Shown here: piece after piece, positions 13,819 to 25,549 of the stretch
How the letters are laid out: each line of letters begins with the position of its first letter
How positions within the stretch are numbered: the first letter of the stretch is position 1
Source: Lama guanicoe
Taxonomy: Eukaryota
Assembly: GCA_013239625.1 (NCBI GenBank)
Contig: MU053810.1
Coordinates: forward strand, 6,544,122 to 6,608,121
Reading direction: 5' to 3'
DNA: 64,000 nt
Program-made: the position numbers and the translations under genes
The notes under the pieces: generated by a model
Told to the model about the DNA's origin: nothing
What the model saw: only the letters and a program-made list of their open reading frames with translations
The model's database searches: none

Positions 13819-13939
13819 TTAAAGAGAAACAATACAGAGAGACGAATTGTCTCTTTTCCATATTTCAGTTCGAAATAGATCTTCGGAGGTGTCTGCATAG
13901 TCACAATCCACTACTGAGTCTATTTCCTTTTTTCTGCAT
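13819..13939 (-). CDS. Candidate terminal coding exon of an unrecognised minus-strand gene
   Basis: Acceptor ctctttttag|, phase-2 open frame CRKKEIDSVVDCDYADTSEDLFRTEIWKRDNSSLCIVSL*, AATAAA ~70 nt after the stop; no homology recognised. Confidence 0.3.
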
Positions 13940-15699
13940 CTAAAAAGAGTCACAATTATATAGTGCTTGGGTTTGTAAAATAATTTCATGTCTCTTGCCT
14001 CATTTTTATTTTAAAGGCAAACATTTATTGAGGCCTTGTTCAGCATCATACACTGTGCAAAGGGCATATAAAAGTTATCTTTTTAAATCCCCTCAAGAGC
14101 AACACAGAATACTTTCAAATGAGCTCTATTAAATAGAGGAGGAAACAGAGGTTAAAGAGGTTGGCGATTTTCCCATGGTTATGGTGCATTTTTAGCAAGT
14201 GCTAAGGAAAACACACAATTCCTCTTTCTGTGTTTGGTTATCCTGGCTCAACTTTTCACAGACTTCAGATGTCACTTTGGAAGTTTCTTGATAAGCCAAT
14301 GTTTCCAGTATTAGATATCCTCTGATGCCTTCTTTGGTATCCTCACCACTTTCCTCCCATCTTCAAAGCTTTTACGGGGGCAGCTACAAAGAAGAGGCTA
14401 GGATGAACTCATGGGTGGAGCACCCGTTATCTTGATCAGTTGAAAAGATCAGGTATGACAAAATGAGACAAAATTCAGAGAATTCTGAAAATGAGATAAA
14501 AGTCAGGGTCTGATGAAATATATTTAAAATACTTAGGACTCAAGAGATGTAGACACGTACCAGTTCCCCTTGAATAGCACTGGGGTATAAAATTATACAT
14601 TTTGTCTTTGCAAGAGGAAATAAGGAACTTCACTCTCTTCTCTTTACACCAGGACCTGAAGGAAGAAAAGGCTCTTTTGTTCCTTCTCCCTGGGGATCTG
14701 TCATTGTGGTTAGAAGCCCAGCTTGAGTTTGAATCTAGGATACAGCCTTCAGAGTGACGGGGCTCAGGGAAATCAGTTACCCTCCCTGGGCCTCAATTTT
14801 CTTGGTGTTTACAGGGGTTTAATGATAATAGCGCCTTCCTCCTGCTGCTGGTAGGAAAGCTAAACTAGACAGCACCCAGGCACAGAGTAAGCAAGAGGTA
14901 CTGTGAGTTATTATTATTTAAAAGAAGGACTGTGGCTTTTTAAAGAGATCCTTACGAAGTTAAGATGCCTGCTGCGACCAGCTTTGTTTGTTACCCCTCT
15001 TGCCCTCTCCCTCCCCTTCCCACCCACAAGGGCAGGTCTAGACATGGATGCGGAGTGAAGAGCACACTCCAGGGAGCCCTGTGCACCTTCCTTCATTGGG
15101 TCCAGCTTGGCTGTGTACAAAGTGTTTCTCTGGGGCTCATGACAGGGTCTCCTTCCCTTGCTTCCGGCACCTGACCCTATCTCCAGTTGTTCAGTGCACA
15201 ATTCCTGGATGTCTCAAACTCACCCTACACTTGTCATGTTGTAAACCCATCTCAGCATCTTCTCTCAGACTAAACTGCTCTTCTTTCTGGACTTTGCTGT
15301 CTCTGTTCTCTCTCACTTTCCGCGTCATTTTTCATTCTCTTCTTTTGTTTAAACACGAATTACCAAAGCAGGAGAGTCAGTTTTGTAAATGACAGCCACC
15401 ACCCAGTACCTTTATTTTCAACCCTTTATAAAATTGATGCTTATTTACAGTTATTTATCACTATTGGTTGAATGTCTTTTCCCTGCTGGGCTGTCGTGTC
15501 TCTGGTTTATCGTGACAGTATCCCTAGATCCTAGCACCATCTCTGAGCATGGCTGGCATGCAACAAATAGAGGATGATTACTCGTCTGTTCTGCTTTTTT
15601 CTTTTTTTGCCCCACCCCACCCCCCAAATGTGTCCTTTTTGCATGAGTATTAATTTAGGTTGATTATTTTTAACAAACAGAAGACTCAAGAAGTCTTTC

Positions 15700-16155
15700 T
15701 TTTTACCTCCCCCTTAGCTGCGTAAAGAATTTAAAGACCAGGCAGGAAGCTACACCATAGATAACTACAATATGAACTAGGTGTGCAGACAGGGAGGGAG
15801 CTAACAAAGTCTGTCTGTTAAAATTCCTCTGTGTGTCCCATTGTCTCTGCACCCCCAGCAAATGTTTATTCACCAACTTTTGCTTCTCCAACTCCATGTC
15901 ATTTGCCTTCCTCCTCTTTGAAGAACCAAGCCACTACACCCAACATCCTTTTTTGTCTTTAGCTGAAGATAATAATTAAAGTGAGGGTTTCAGCCATTGT
16001 GACAAGTTACTCAGTTTTTCTGGGTCTCTCTTGTGTATACACGTTATGAAAGTTTTACTTGATATTCTCTTGTTAATCTGTCTTATGTCAAATTATTCTT
16101 AGACCAGCCAGAAGAACTTAAAGGGTCAAGAAAAATTCCTTCCTTCTCGATACCT
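15700..16155 (+). mobile_element. ERV1-type solo LTR (approximate)
   Basis: U5-like end cttgttaatctgtcttatgtcaaattattcttagaccagccagaagaacttaaaggg..., resembling MER4-group LTRs. Confidence 0.55.
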
Positions 16156-17937
16156 AATTCCCACCTTCCCTAGTGAAACCATCAAAGCCTCTCACCTGGA
16201 CTCTTGAAAGACCCTCTTGTAGAATATTTGGTTCACCAGACATAGATGAGCTTAAATTCCAGTTTTGCAATTTACTAGCTATGGGATTGTGGGAGAAAGC
16301 CTGAAATGACGGGCATAAAAGATAAATTTCCCACTAATTTGCAATATGTGTAAGATTACCTGCTCTGAAATTCTATTTCCTTCAAATACCCTTTAAATCT
16401 AATGTCTGAATTTCATTCCCTCAGGATCTTACTCTCTCTGTTTAAAACTAACAGCTAATCTGAGAAACTAATCTATTCCATGGACTAGTCTCTTAGGGGT
16501 TTGAAGTGTTACTTTTCTGGTAGTATTTTTTATTCTAACAGATCCTCTAAAAGATGTCCATGCAAAAAAATAAATAAATAAACTGTTTCTAAGGATGAGA
16601 CATTTAAGCACATGGCAGGCAGGTTGGTGGTTTCTGGTCCTGCCAGTGTCCCCACCCCATGTCTGCTCCCCACATCTCTGCCTCTTCACTCCCTCCATTA
16701 GGCTCAGCTTCATGTAGAAGGTGCAGAGATACCCATACACAAGACCTAATGGTTTGGAGAGCTCTTGACTGAAACTCTGAGACTCTGAGTGTGTCCTTTT
16801 GTGGCCAGTCCAACTTAGACCTTAGTTTTATGCCTTGTCCCTGTCCTACTACCATTGTCCTAGAAATAAGGCCTCCATTCCTATTTCTAGTCTTGCTCCA
16901 AGTAACTAGCTTGCCCCAAACCCTCAGCACTCTGCCGGGGTCCCTTTATGCTCTGATAGATGACTCTCCTTGCTAATTTTCTCTGCTTGCCTGATTCCCA
17001 GGGCCCTCTGTTTTGGAATTATCCGTGTTTCTTTTCTCCTTGCCTGTGTAGAATCCCCCTCCTGGATGCCACATCAACTGCACAGAGTGCCTGTTCCCGT
17101 AGGCTCTGGGTGGTGAACTCCCTACTTGACTGAGCTCCCTTCTTCTTCTAGAATCTTCCTCTAGAACCTGTTTCTATAGGGCTTGACCAATCTAAGAAAT
17201 CATGCCGAGAAACGGCATCTTCCAGTCTGCCCTCACCCAGCGGAGTCACATGGATCCTTCTTGGCTTTCTTGGTCATCCCAGGATAAGAGCAGTAGAGGA
17301 GAGACGTATACACCAGCCTTTTTGCCATCCCTCAAATCATTCTACACAGTTATTTCTTCTACATGAGAGCTAACATCTTCAATTCCTTGAGTTAGGCATA
17401 ACCAGAGAGCTGCTTAAAAGTGCTTTGAATGGTAAACAAGACAAAACACAAATGAAAACAAAAACACAACACAAGGTCCACATTTATTATAATTTATCCC
17501 AAGTCCCCATAATTATATGTGTTATTGTATTAATACATCAAATCTTTGATATAATTATAAACAGTTCTGCAGTTTAACTGGCATGAAATAGTTTTACTTA
17601 AGACAGGATTTGTGAATCCAATCAGATGGTTTCCATCTTACAGGCTGCAGTAAAATTATCTGTAAAGCTCTCAAAAATGGTCACCTAAACTTTCCTTAAT
17701 GTCAGAAACGAATTTGCAAGAGTGCATTTATCATGAGCCATGACAGATTTACGTAATCATAACTTTCAAGTAATAATTATAATTTCTAAGGGACATGGAA
17801 TGACTGGGGTCTGCTTTTAGAAGCATGGCCTCTGTTATACCAGAGGGCTAATGGCATACAGATCATCTATCACATTTGGGAGCTATTTGGAGTCTTTCAG
17901 GTGTTTCCCTACCAACTCACTATTATAAACTGCAATT

Positions 17938-18086
17938 GGGAGGAGGGTGTAGCTCAGTGGTAGAGTGCATGCCTAGCATGCATGAGGTCCTGGGTTCAAT
18001 CCCCAGTACCTCCATTAAAATTAAAAAAAAAAAAAGAAACCTAATTACCTCCCCCTCAAACAAATAAACAAAAACAATAAACAAAC
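17938..18086 (+). mobile_element. tRNA-Ala-derived camelid SINE (Vic-1-like) with a perfect 13-bp TSD
   Basis: A box tagctcagtgg, B box ggttcaatccc, tail ctaattacctccccc plus an A-rich end; TSD ataaactgcaatt at 17925-17937 and 18087-18099. Confidence 0.93.
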
Positions 18087-18789
18087 ATAAACTGCAATTA
18101 AAATCTTGGGTTGTGGAACCCACATCTTTGGTAAACTTGAAAATATTTAATGACCTTTCTGTGAGAAATGTATTTTTCTTCCCAGCGACTGATTAGAAAA
18201 GGAAGAGTTACATATGAGTCACAAGAGGGAAACTGCCTTTTTAATGTCACAGCGTGACCTGCACAAAGGGAAGGACCCTTGGAAGGGACTTTGACCTCCT
18301 CTGTGATGGAGTAACGAGCCCTCCACTTGCCCTCCCACTGGAACCAACTGGAAAACTGGACCAACTGCTTCTAGACATTGGTTGACGGACAGCAGAGGGC
18401 TGTGACAGGTGACAAGGGGAAGAAGTTCTACGAGCCCTCAGTGGCCGCAGATTTCTGTCAGGAAGGTCTTCAGAACTGTGATGTAGGAGGGGGGTCCCCA
18501 AGCAGAGTATGGGCAACCTCTCAGCTGGGTTGTCAGAGATGGAGTTCATGGAGGCCAAGGGAGCTAAACTTTTCCAGAAAGAGCAGAGAGAGGAGGGAGC
18601 AACACAGGAAAAACAGTCTCTTCGGAGTGAAACTCCATGAAGTGGAGAACTGTAAATGGAGCATTTCTGAAGGTTGAGTCCCAATAGCCAGAGTGAGAAA
18701 GCTCACTGAACACCCAAGGCAGAAAGAACAAGGATGTACTGTGCCTTAGTCGTAGGGCTAAACCATCCCTGGAGCAAAGCCTATTCTAG

Positions 18790-19260
18790 ACCTGCCTCAG
18801 CATCACCTCTTTGCTGTTACAGCCCCAGTTTTGATCGGGTGTTGGGGGGATGTGCCCAGTCAAAAACTTTTTTTTTTAAATCAGTTTATCTTGCAGCTGG
18901 CTTTGGTTACGTGATAGGTCTAGGTAATTGTAATGTAGTGAAAATGACTGTGAGAGGTTTCTGCAAAAAAGGCCAGCTCATCTTGTTTTGTCTTTTCCTC
19001 TCTTGCTCATCCTCTTTCTCGCTCACTGAGTTCCAAAAGCGATGTGGGATGCGGGGCAGCCATGTTGGAACCACGAAGGACCAGCCTGAGGATTAAGGCG
19101 TCCCTGGCGTGGGTGCTCTACGGGAAGCCTGCTTCCCCTCGAAGGCATTGTGGCTCCACCATGCTAGTCATCAACTGCCTACCTCTAAGTTTCTCCTGAA
19201 AGAAAATTGTTGAGAAAAATAAAACCCATCATTTTCCAAACTACTGTTATAAACTAGTTT
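18790..19260 (+). mobile_element. MLT1-type (MaLR) LTR, degraded
   Basis: gcagccatgttggaaccacgaagg...aactgcctacctctaagtttct...gagaaaaataaaaccc pattern. Confidence 0.5.
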
Positions 19261-19439
19261 TCTGGGTTTTTAAATACTTATATATCTGGTAAGTTGTTAT
19301 TTTTCTTTTTGGAGACTTTTAAATAGCTATCTTGAGGTGCTTATTCCTTCAGATGAAATCCACATTTAAAAAAAAATTCTGGAGCGATAACGTTATTTAG
19401 ATTTTAATTGGAATCCCCATAATTTAGAGAGCTGGGGGC

Positions 19440-19690
19440 AGTCTAACTTGGACTGCGGGACCAGACCGCCTGGATTTGCATCCTGATTAGTGCCACTTGG
19501 TAGCTGTGAACCTTGGGCAAGTTATTACTCTATCTGGGTATTTGTTTCTCATGGGTAAAATAGGGGATGGCATAGCACCGGCTTCTTAGGGTTGATGTGA
19601 AGATGAAATACACTAATACATCTAAACCATCTCGATTAGAATCAGGCATGTAGGAAGTGCTTGTTAGTAGTAGTAAGGGTTGGCTATTAT
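19440..19690 (+). mobile_element. MIR SINE
   Basis: tagctgtgaaccttgggcaagttatt...ctcatgggtaaaatagggga core. Confidence 0.75.
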
Positions 19691-19708
19691 TACTTTAAAT
19701 AGATTTAC

Positions 19709-19923
19709 TTAGAAAGTATTGATTTTGCGATATTCAGTCTTATTATCCAGAAACAGCCATGCTTTTTATTATTTCCAAATTTCCATTTACAAGACTCTAA
19801 GGATTTTAAACATTTCATTAAAGACTTAGGCTTTTCTTTTTTAGACAATCTCCAATTTAGATGCAAATAATTGTGTTTCAATGAAAACACATTTGATATT
19901 TTCATCCTCAAATCCAATACCTT
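19709..19923 (-). CDS. Candidate internal exon (215 nt, phase 0 to 2)
   Basis: Acceptor cttttcatatacag|, donor aa|gtaaat; frame open across the whole exon (KVLDLRMKISN...IAKSILS) in AT-rich DNA. Confidence 0.3.
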
Positions 19924-20125
19924 CTGTATATGAAAAGACAACAATAGGCTGACAACTTGAATAATTCTGTTATTCCATTTCAATAAAGATTCAAGATGTA
20001 TTTGTATTTTGAAGAAGAAGAGATTACAAAATAATAAATGATCAGTTTTTCAGTTTTGTTAGTTTGAGTTTTTTTTTTTTTTTTTAGCAATCTCAGTGAT
20101 CTGCATTTTACAATGATTTTCTTAC

Positions 20126-20158
20126 ATGGCACTCATTTAAGGCACAAAGAATTGTCTT
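20126..20158 (-). CDS. Candidate 33-nt micro-exon (KTILCALNECH, phase 0 to 0)
   Basis: Strong acceptor ttttgtttcttcatgacatttcttcccag| and donor |gtaaga. Confidence 0.28.
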
Positions 20159-21825
20159 CTGGGAAGAAATGTCATGAAGAAACAAAAGTGAATCTCATTA
20201 AAATTGTTTACATTGGCTGCTTTCTTTTCCAATAAACAAACATAATTCCAAATCGAAACATAGAATTGCACCAAGGGAAAACCCTATTAATGAAGAGCGT
20301 ATCCAAATGTTAAAACTATGCAGAATTTGTAGTTTTGGAAACATATTCCAAAATCCAAATGTCATAAACACTCAAGCGACCTTTGCATTCCAAACAGAGA
20401 CCAAATGGCCAAATCTGGCTTAGGTTACCATGGAGACACACTTTGATGGAAGGACCTCTGATGAGGCTGAGCAGCATGAATGATTAGGGGAAGTGTTGTG
20501 ATAAATGATTATACATGTCAGTGTGGTACCATCTGCAAGAGATTAAGGGTGTATGGGCTGAGCAGATAGCATTGTTTAAGAAAATATCATATCAGCTATG
20601 TCTTCACATGATGAGCAAATCAAAAATACTTTTAATATTCTCTTTGGGGGTCTTAACGTAAAAATGTGTGGTGTGAGAAAAATAGACATTCAATTTTGAG
20701 GACAAAAGTTAATCACAAGCATAATTTGTATTATTGTGCTTCTCAAAAAATATTTGACATTCTAAGAAACTTAATAAAATCAAGTAATAATTAAAAAAAA
20801 ACAGTTATTAAAACTGTCAGCCCAAGCACAGTACAAAGATGAATTCTCTCTTACTGGTGGGAACTGGCCAGAGATTCAAATTAATTCAATTCCCATCACA
20901 GATATTTGTCCCTACTAAGGTGGAAGGCACTGTTTGTGTAATGGGAAAACAAAGATGAGAAAGGCAGTATGTCTGGTTGTGAAGGAGTGGTACATTCACA
21001 GATAATATATTCTGCTTTATGTTATAACTTAGTCATAACAATGATTCATATTCAAGACCATAACGATGCACTGGAGGAGAATATTGAATTTGGACATGAG
21101 GATCAGGGAAGTGTTCAAGGAACAGAAAGTCATCAAGAAGAGTAAAGAAATGTGTAGCAAGAGACTCACTAAAACAGGTAAGGCTTGAAGGAAGAAAAGC
21201 AAAAGAAGTGTAGGGTTATTAGATAAATGTGGCTGGTCCACAGAGCATGGAAGGGGACACAGTGAGAAAGGAAAGTGGTTCAAAATGGCAGACTGAGCAC
21301 CTGTGCCATCCCTCCATCCCAACCATCATCCTATGAAAACGTATCTTAGGAAAAGTTCCCCAGCAGCATGGGAAAACAACAAGAGTCTATTCAATGCTTG
21401 AGAAAATTTGAAGAATCTTTGATATAAAGCAGTCAGGATCATATCTATGGAGAAATGTAACTAGAGGAAATCTTAGCTCATCAAATATGCGGTCCAGGTA
21501 CATTAGGCCCAGAGGAGCTCCAACCCTGGCGGCAGGAAGTCACACAACAGTGGAGGGCCTTAGGGTAGTTTTCAGGGTAATTATTGGAGAACTGCATCTT
21601 AGGCTGTCAGACAAAGAAGCGTCTCTCCTTCTACAAAACCTCAGGCAGCAGAGCGACTGGTCCACAACCTAGAGCATCAGGGTGGGTGCTAAACTCCCCA
21701 TTCAGGTAGGACCTCAGAAGGATACTGACACATGGGAGTGATGGGGGCTTTCACTCTCAGAGAGCAAGCTGCACTTCCAGAGGCAGGTAAAAGTGTGCCA
21801 ATGTTCTGGCCTTGTAGAGTACCCC

Positions 21826-22212
21826 AGATAAGAAAGAAAAATACCCCATATCATCACTTATATGGGGAATCTTAAAAAAAAAAAAGACCAAATTTATTTA
21901 CAAAACAGAAACAGACTCACAGACATAGGAAACAAACTTATGGTTACCAGGGGGGGAAAAGGGTGAGAAGGGATAAATTGGGAGTTTGAGATTTGCAGAT
22001 ACTGACTGGTGTATATAAAATAGATAAACAAGTTTATACTGTATAGCACAGAGAAATATATTCAATATCTTGCAGTAACTTATGGGGAAAAAGAATATGA
22101 AAATGAATATATGTATGTTCCTTTATGACCGAAGTATTTTGCTGTACACCAGAAACGGACACAACATTTTAAACTGACTATATACTTCAGTAAAAAAAAA
22201 AAAAAAAAAAAG
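21826..22212 (+). mobile_element. Young L1 3' end with poly(A) tail
   Basis: agaaagaaaaatacc...aaacagactcacagacatagg...tgtacaccagaaacggacacaac followed by a ~19-nt A run. Confidence 0.92.
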
Positions 22213-22299
22213 AGAAAGTTGTTATTTCAAAAAACCCCCCAAAAATAAAAAAAAAGAATATTCTACATTTAGATCTGAGACACACCCCCCTCCCCATCC

Positions 22300-22620
22300 A
22301 CCTACAATTCCAGCAGAAGTTCGGTCCAGACCCAGGGCGACTGGGATCTTTGCGTGGGTTCCGGCGAGGTGCTGAATCAGGGCAGGTTTGCAGATGGATT
22401 AACCTACTCACGAAGTTTAAAGTGAAGAACTGGAAAATGGGCCTTCATGACGGAGTTAATTCAGCATAAAGCTATACTTAATAGTGAAAGGATAACGTGT
22501 AAAACCACTCGGTGCTCCCTCTTCTCTGCCCGTAGGAACTCTTCGTGGCAGAATCAGCGGCGTTCTTACTGCAGAGGAGCGGATTGAGATGATGCGGAGT
22601 TGGGGGCTGGGCACGTGTTT
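22300..22620 (-). promoter_or_regulatory. CpG-enriched non-repeat segment with a strong minus-strand donor (c|gtgagt at 22412/22411); possible first exon/promoter
   Basis: More than a dozen CpGs against a CpG-poor background; consensus splice donor. Confidence 0.3.
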
Positions 22621-22824
22621 GTGCAGCCTCCTCACAGCAGGTGCTTTGATGTTAATTTTGAGTTAGGAAGAGTAAAGGGGTTCTCTTCCCCCTAAATTAA
22701 ACGAATGAAATTCATACTCTGTGAAATAGAGATTATTATAAAAAATAAGTTGTATGCAACCAACTAGAATAGAATCTCCTACCCCAGATGACCAGATATT
22801 TTGCCATTTGAAGTTTTGGGAGTG

Positions 22825-22871
<47 letters not shown>
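22825..22871 (+). repeat. Uninterrupted poly(A) tract, 47 nt
   Basis: Counted directly. Confidence 0.95.
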
Positions 22872-22874
<3 letters not shown>

Positions 22875-25375
22875 GAAACTCCTACAGAAACAGCAAGACC
22901 ATCCAGGCAGTGATGTTTTACTTGGTATTACTTAACCCTGCAAGTTTTGGCTTCTCTTTTAGAGTCTTCCTTAACTCTGTTCTTGGTTTGCAGTGTATCA
23001 ACATCAACCAGTACGGTTAAATGTCCACTTGTAAGGAAACAATTTAAAAATCAGTGATTTTAGATACTTAAGTAAAAGAAATTTTGAATTATTTCCTTGA
23101 CCATGATTTACTGAACTCTCTATTGAATGCTATGAATGATTTAAAAGAATTACTCTCCACATGCCTCAGAACTGTACACATAGCAAGGGATGTGAGCTGT
23201 ATTCTTGCATATTAATTCACTGATTCACTTCCTCATACACATAGCAAGTCATTCAGCAAACACTTAATTGGAAAAATTCTCCTCAGCGTTGAAGAGCTAA
23301 CGGTCAAAACAACTCAGCTCCCATCCTTGAAGAGTTGACAGTTTAGGGCAGGATGCAAACATCTACACAATTATGTGACAGAGAGTCATGCCCAAAGTGT
23401 TAATAACAAGCCAAAGCAATAACAAGTGTGAACTTTCTATTTTAACAACATGCTATCTTAATATTCCCGAACAGAAGGGCCTCTGAGAAGCAGAGAGGTC
23501 CTGTAGACCAAGAATATTCTGAGAAATTGCTGATCAGAACCTCAGCACTTGCAGCTGTATGATCTTGAATTAGACACTTGACTCACTATATAGCTTCCTC
23601 GTCTGTAATTTGAGGATGATAATTCCTCCTCACTGGTCTGTTACGAAGATTAAACGAGATAAGACATCTGTGGCCCAGATGTCCCAGGCGTATGACTACA
23701 GAATAAGTTCACGTTCATGTTAATATTTCTGTCACATGACTCTGATCTAGGTTAGGTCCTGAGAGACATTTACTGGACACACTTTATTCAGGAACATCCA
23801 GGAATTCTAGGGTGGCTTCTCAGCCACAAAGATTAGCCCTGGAACTCCCACCTCTACAGTGAGTCAGAAGAAAGTCTGTGGGCAAGGCAGAGACTTGGGG
23901 GTTCCTCCACAATGTCTTAGAAAGCAAGCCAGAGCTGGTGCCTATTCTTTTTCATTCTTGTTAATAGGAAGACAGGTCCAAACCAGTTGGGCTACATGCT
24001 CAAGATCATATACCTAGATTTTGGGGCTTTGGGACCTAAAATCCCAAGCTCAGGATGCTTCCCATCATAATGAAATAAGGCAAAAATGGGTAACAGAAAA
24101 AGAAGAGGAGATTTTGAGGGTTTGGGGTAGGTGATGGTAGTGAGTATTTTTGTCTTCCTAAATCAATATGCACTAGAAAAATTTAATGTTCTCTCTAATT
24201 CAGCAATATAAAATAAGGATAGACTATGAATTGGCTGAAGCTGTATATTCAAACTCTCAGTCAATGCTGCTGTTGCTGGTGGAAAATGAAAAATAAAAAT
24301 AGCAAATATGCATTCTCTGGAAGTATATATCATTATACCAATATCATATTTAATTTCTTTTTGATATGATTTTGGTAAATATTTATATAGTAGTTTATTT
24401 GTTTCTCTATGAACTAGATTATATGGTATCGACATGTATTATGTAGGAATGAAACAATTAAGAAAAAACCTGCAACCATTTCATTCAGTCCTAATTTTAA
24501 CCCCATTTGTCTTTCTTGAAAACATGTCAGTGCTTTTTTTTCCTTCTCTCTTTTAAACCTATACTGTCAATCTAGTCCCTGGGGTCTCTCAGCCTAGTTA
24601 AATTGCTGGATAGAGAGAGATTTTTTTTTTTCTGTCTCCATGCTAGTGTGCCATAGGGCAAGTATAAACAAAAGGTATGCTATTTAGATTAAAACTGAAA
24701 ATATTTTTAGATTTTAACTGATGGACAATATTAATAATTATAAGTAATCATTAGTCTGCTCAAGCCCCCTCTTCCCTCTCCCCTTATCTCCCTTATTCCT
24801 ATAGGTGACCTTGCTTTCTGCTTTATGGGGAAAAAAAATATCGATGCCATCAGTGGGGATGTTCTCCCTCCCCTGCCCTCTCTGCAAGTTCCTCCTCCCC
24901 TTTACTTTAGTGCTTTCGCTTTTGAGGGTCTATTTGCCCATCATTCTAGCCAACGCTCACGTCACATCAATTGCACCTGACACTCAACACTCCCCTTCCT
25001 CTCCTTCCATGGATCTTTCCCTCAAAGGCAGAGTAGTAAATGCCTCATTCAGAAAGCCACGACCCACCTAGTGAAATACATCCAAATGAGCTTTGAGAAG
25101 ACTAAATAGGAGGCAAGATATATCCGTGTCAACCTTACCAGCTTGAGGGATTCCAAGTATTTCAGAATCAGTCTCATCAGCACTGCTGATTTTATCCTTG
25201 TCTTTCATGACAACAAAACCAGCTGGTATCCCGAGAATGCTGACCTGGGCAGCAGCTCTTTTGTTTAGTTCATCCCCAGTCCTAACCACCCTGGTCCTGC
25301 TCTAGATCAGTGCCTGGTGACCGTCTTCAGTCCTAACTGAAGATTGCTTTTCTTCTACTGCTCCAGTGCACTTAC

Positions 25376-25549
25376 TTCCACTTGGTGATGAATTGGCCCT
25401 GTTTCCGGTCTACACTGCTCTTCTGTCCGGTTCCCCATCTTTATAACATCGCCCCTTTCAGCAAGGTTCTCCTGCTTGTTCTTTGTACGGTACAGCTTCT
25501 CTATTTCTTTGCTCAAAATAACTAAGGTTTTCATGCAACTTCTACTAAT
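25376..25549 (-). CDS. Candidate exon (174 nt, phase 0 to 0) containing an ATG at 25534
   Basis: Donor gaa|gtaagt, weaker acceptor cttttaacctggaag|; open frame ISRSCMKTLVILSKEIEKLYRTKNKQENL...IHHQVE. Confidence 0.25.

Noticed and set aside
17938..18014. Apparent tRNA-Ala gene
   Set aside because: It is the head of a SINE, with a family-specific tail, A-rich end, TSD and a second copy at 27305.
18247..18684. 145-aa minus-strand ORF
   Set aside because: Non-ATG start, no homology, and lies in degraded LTR-like purine-rich sequence.
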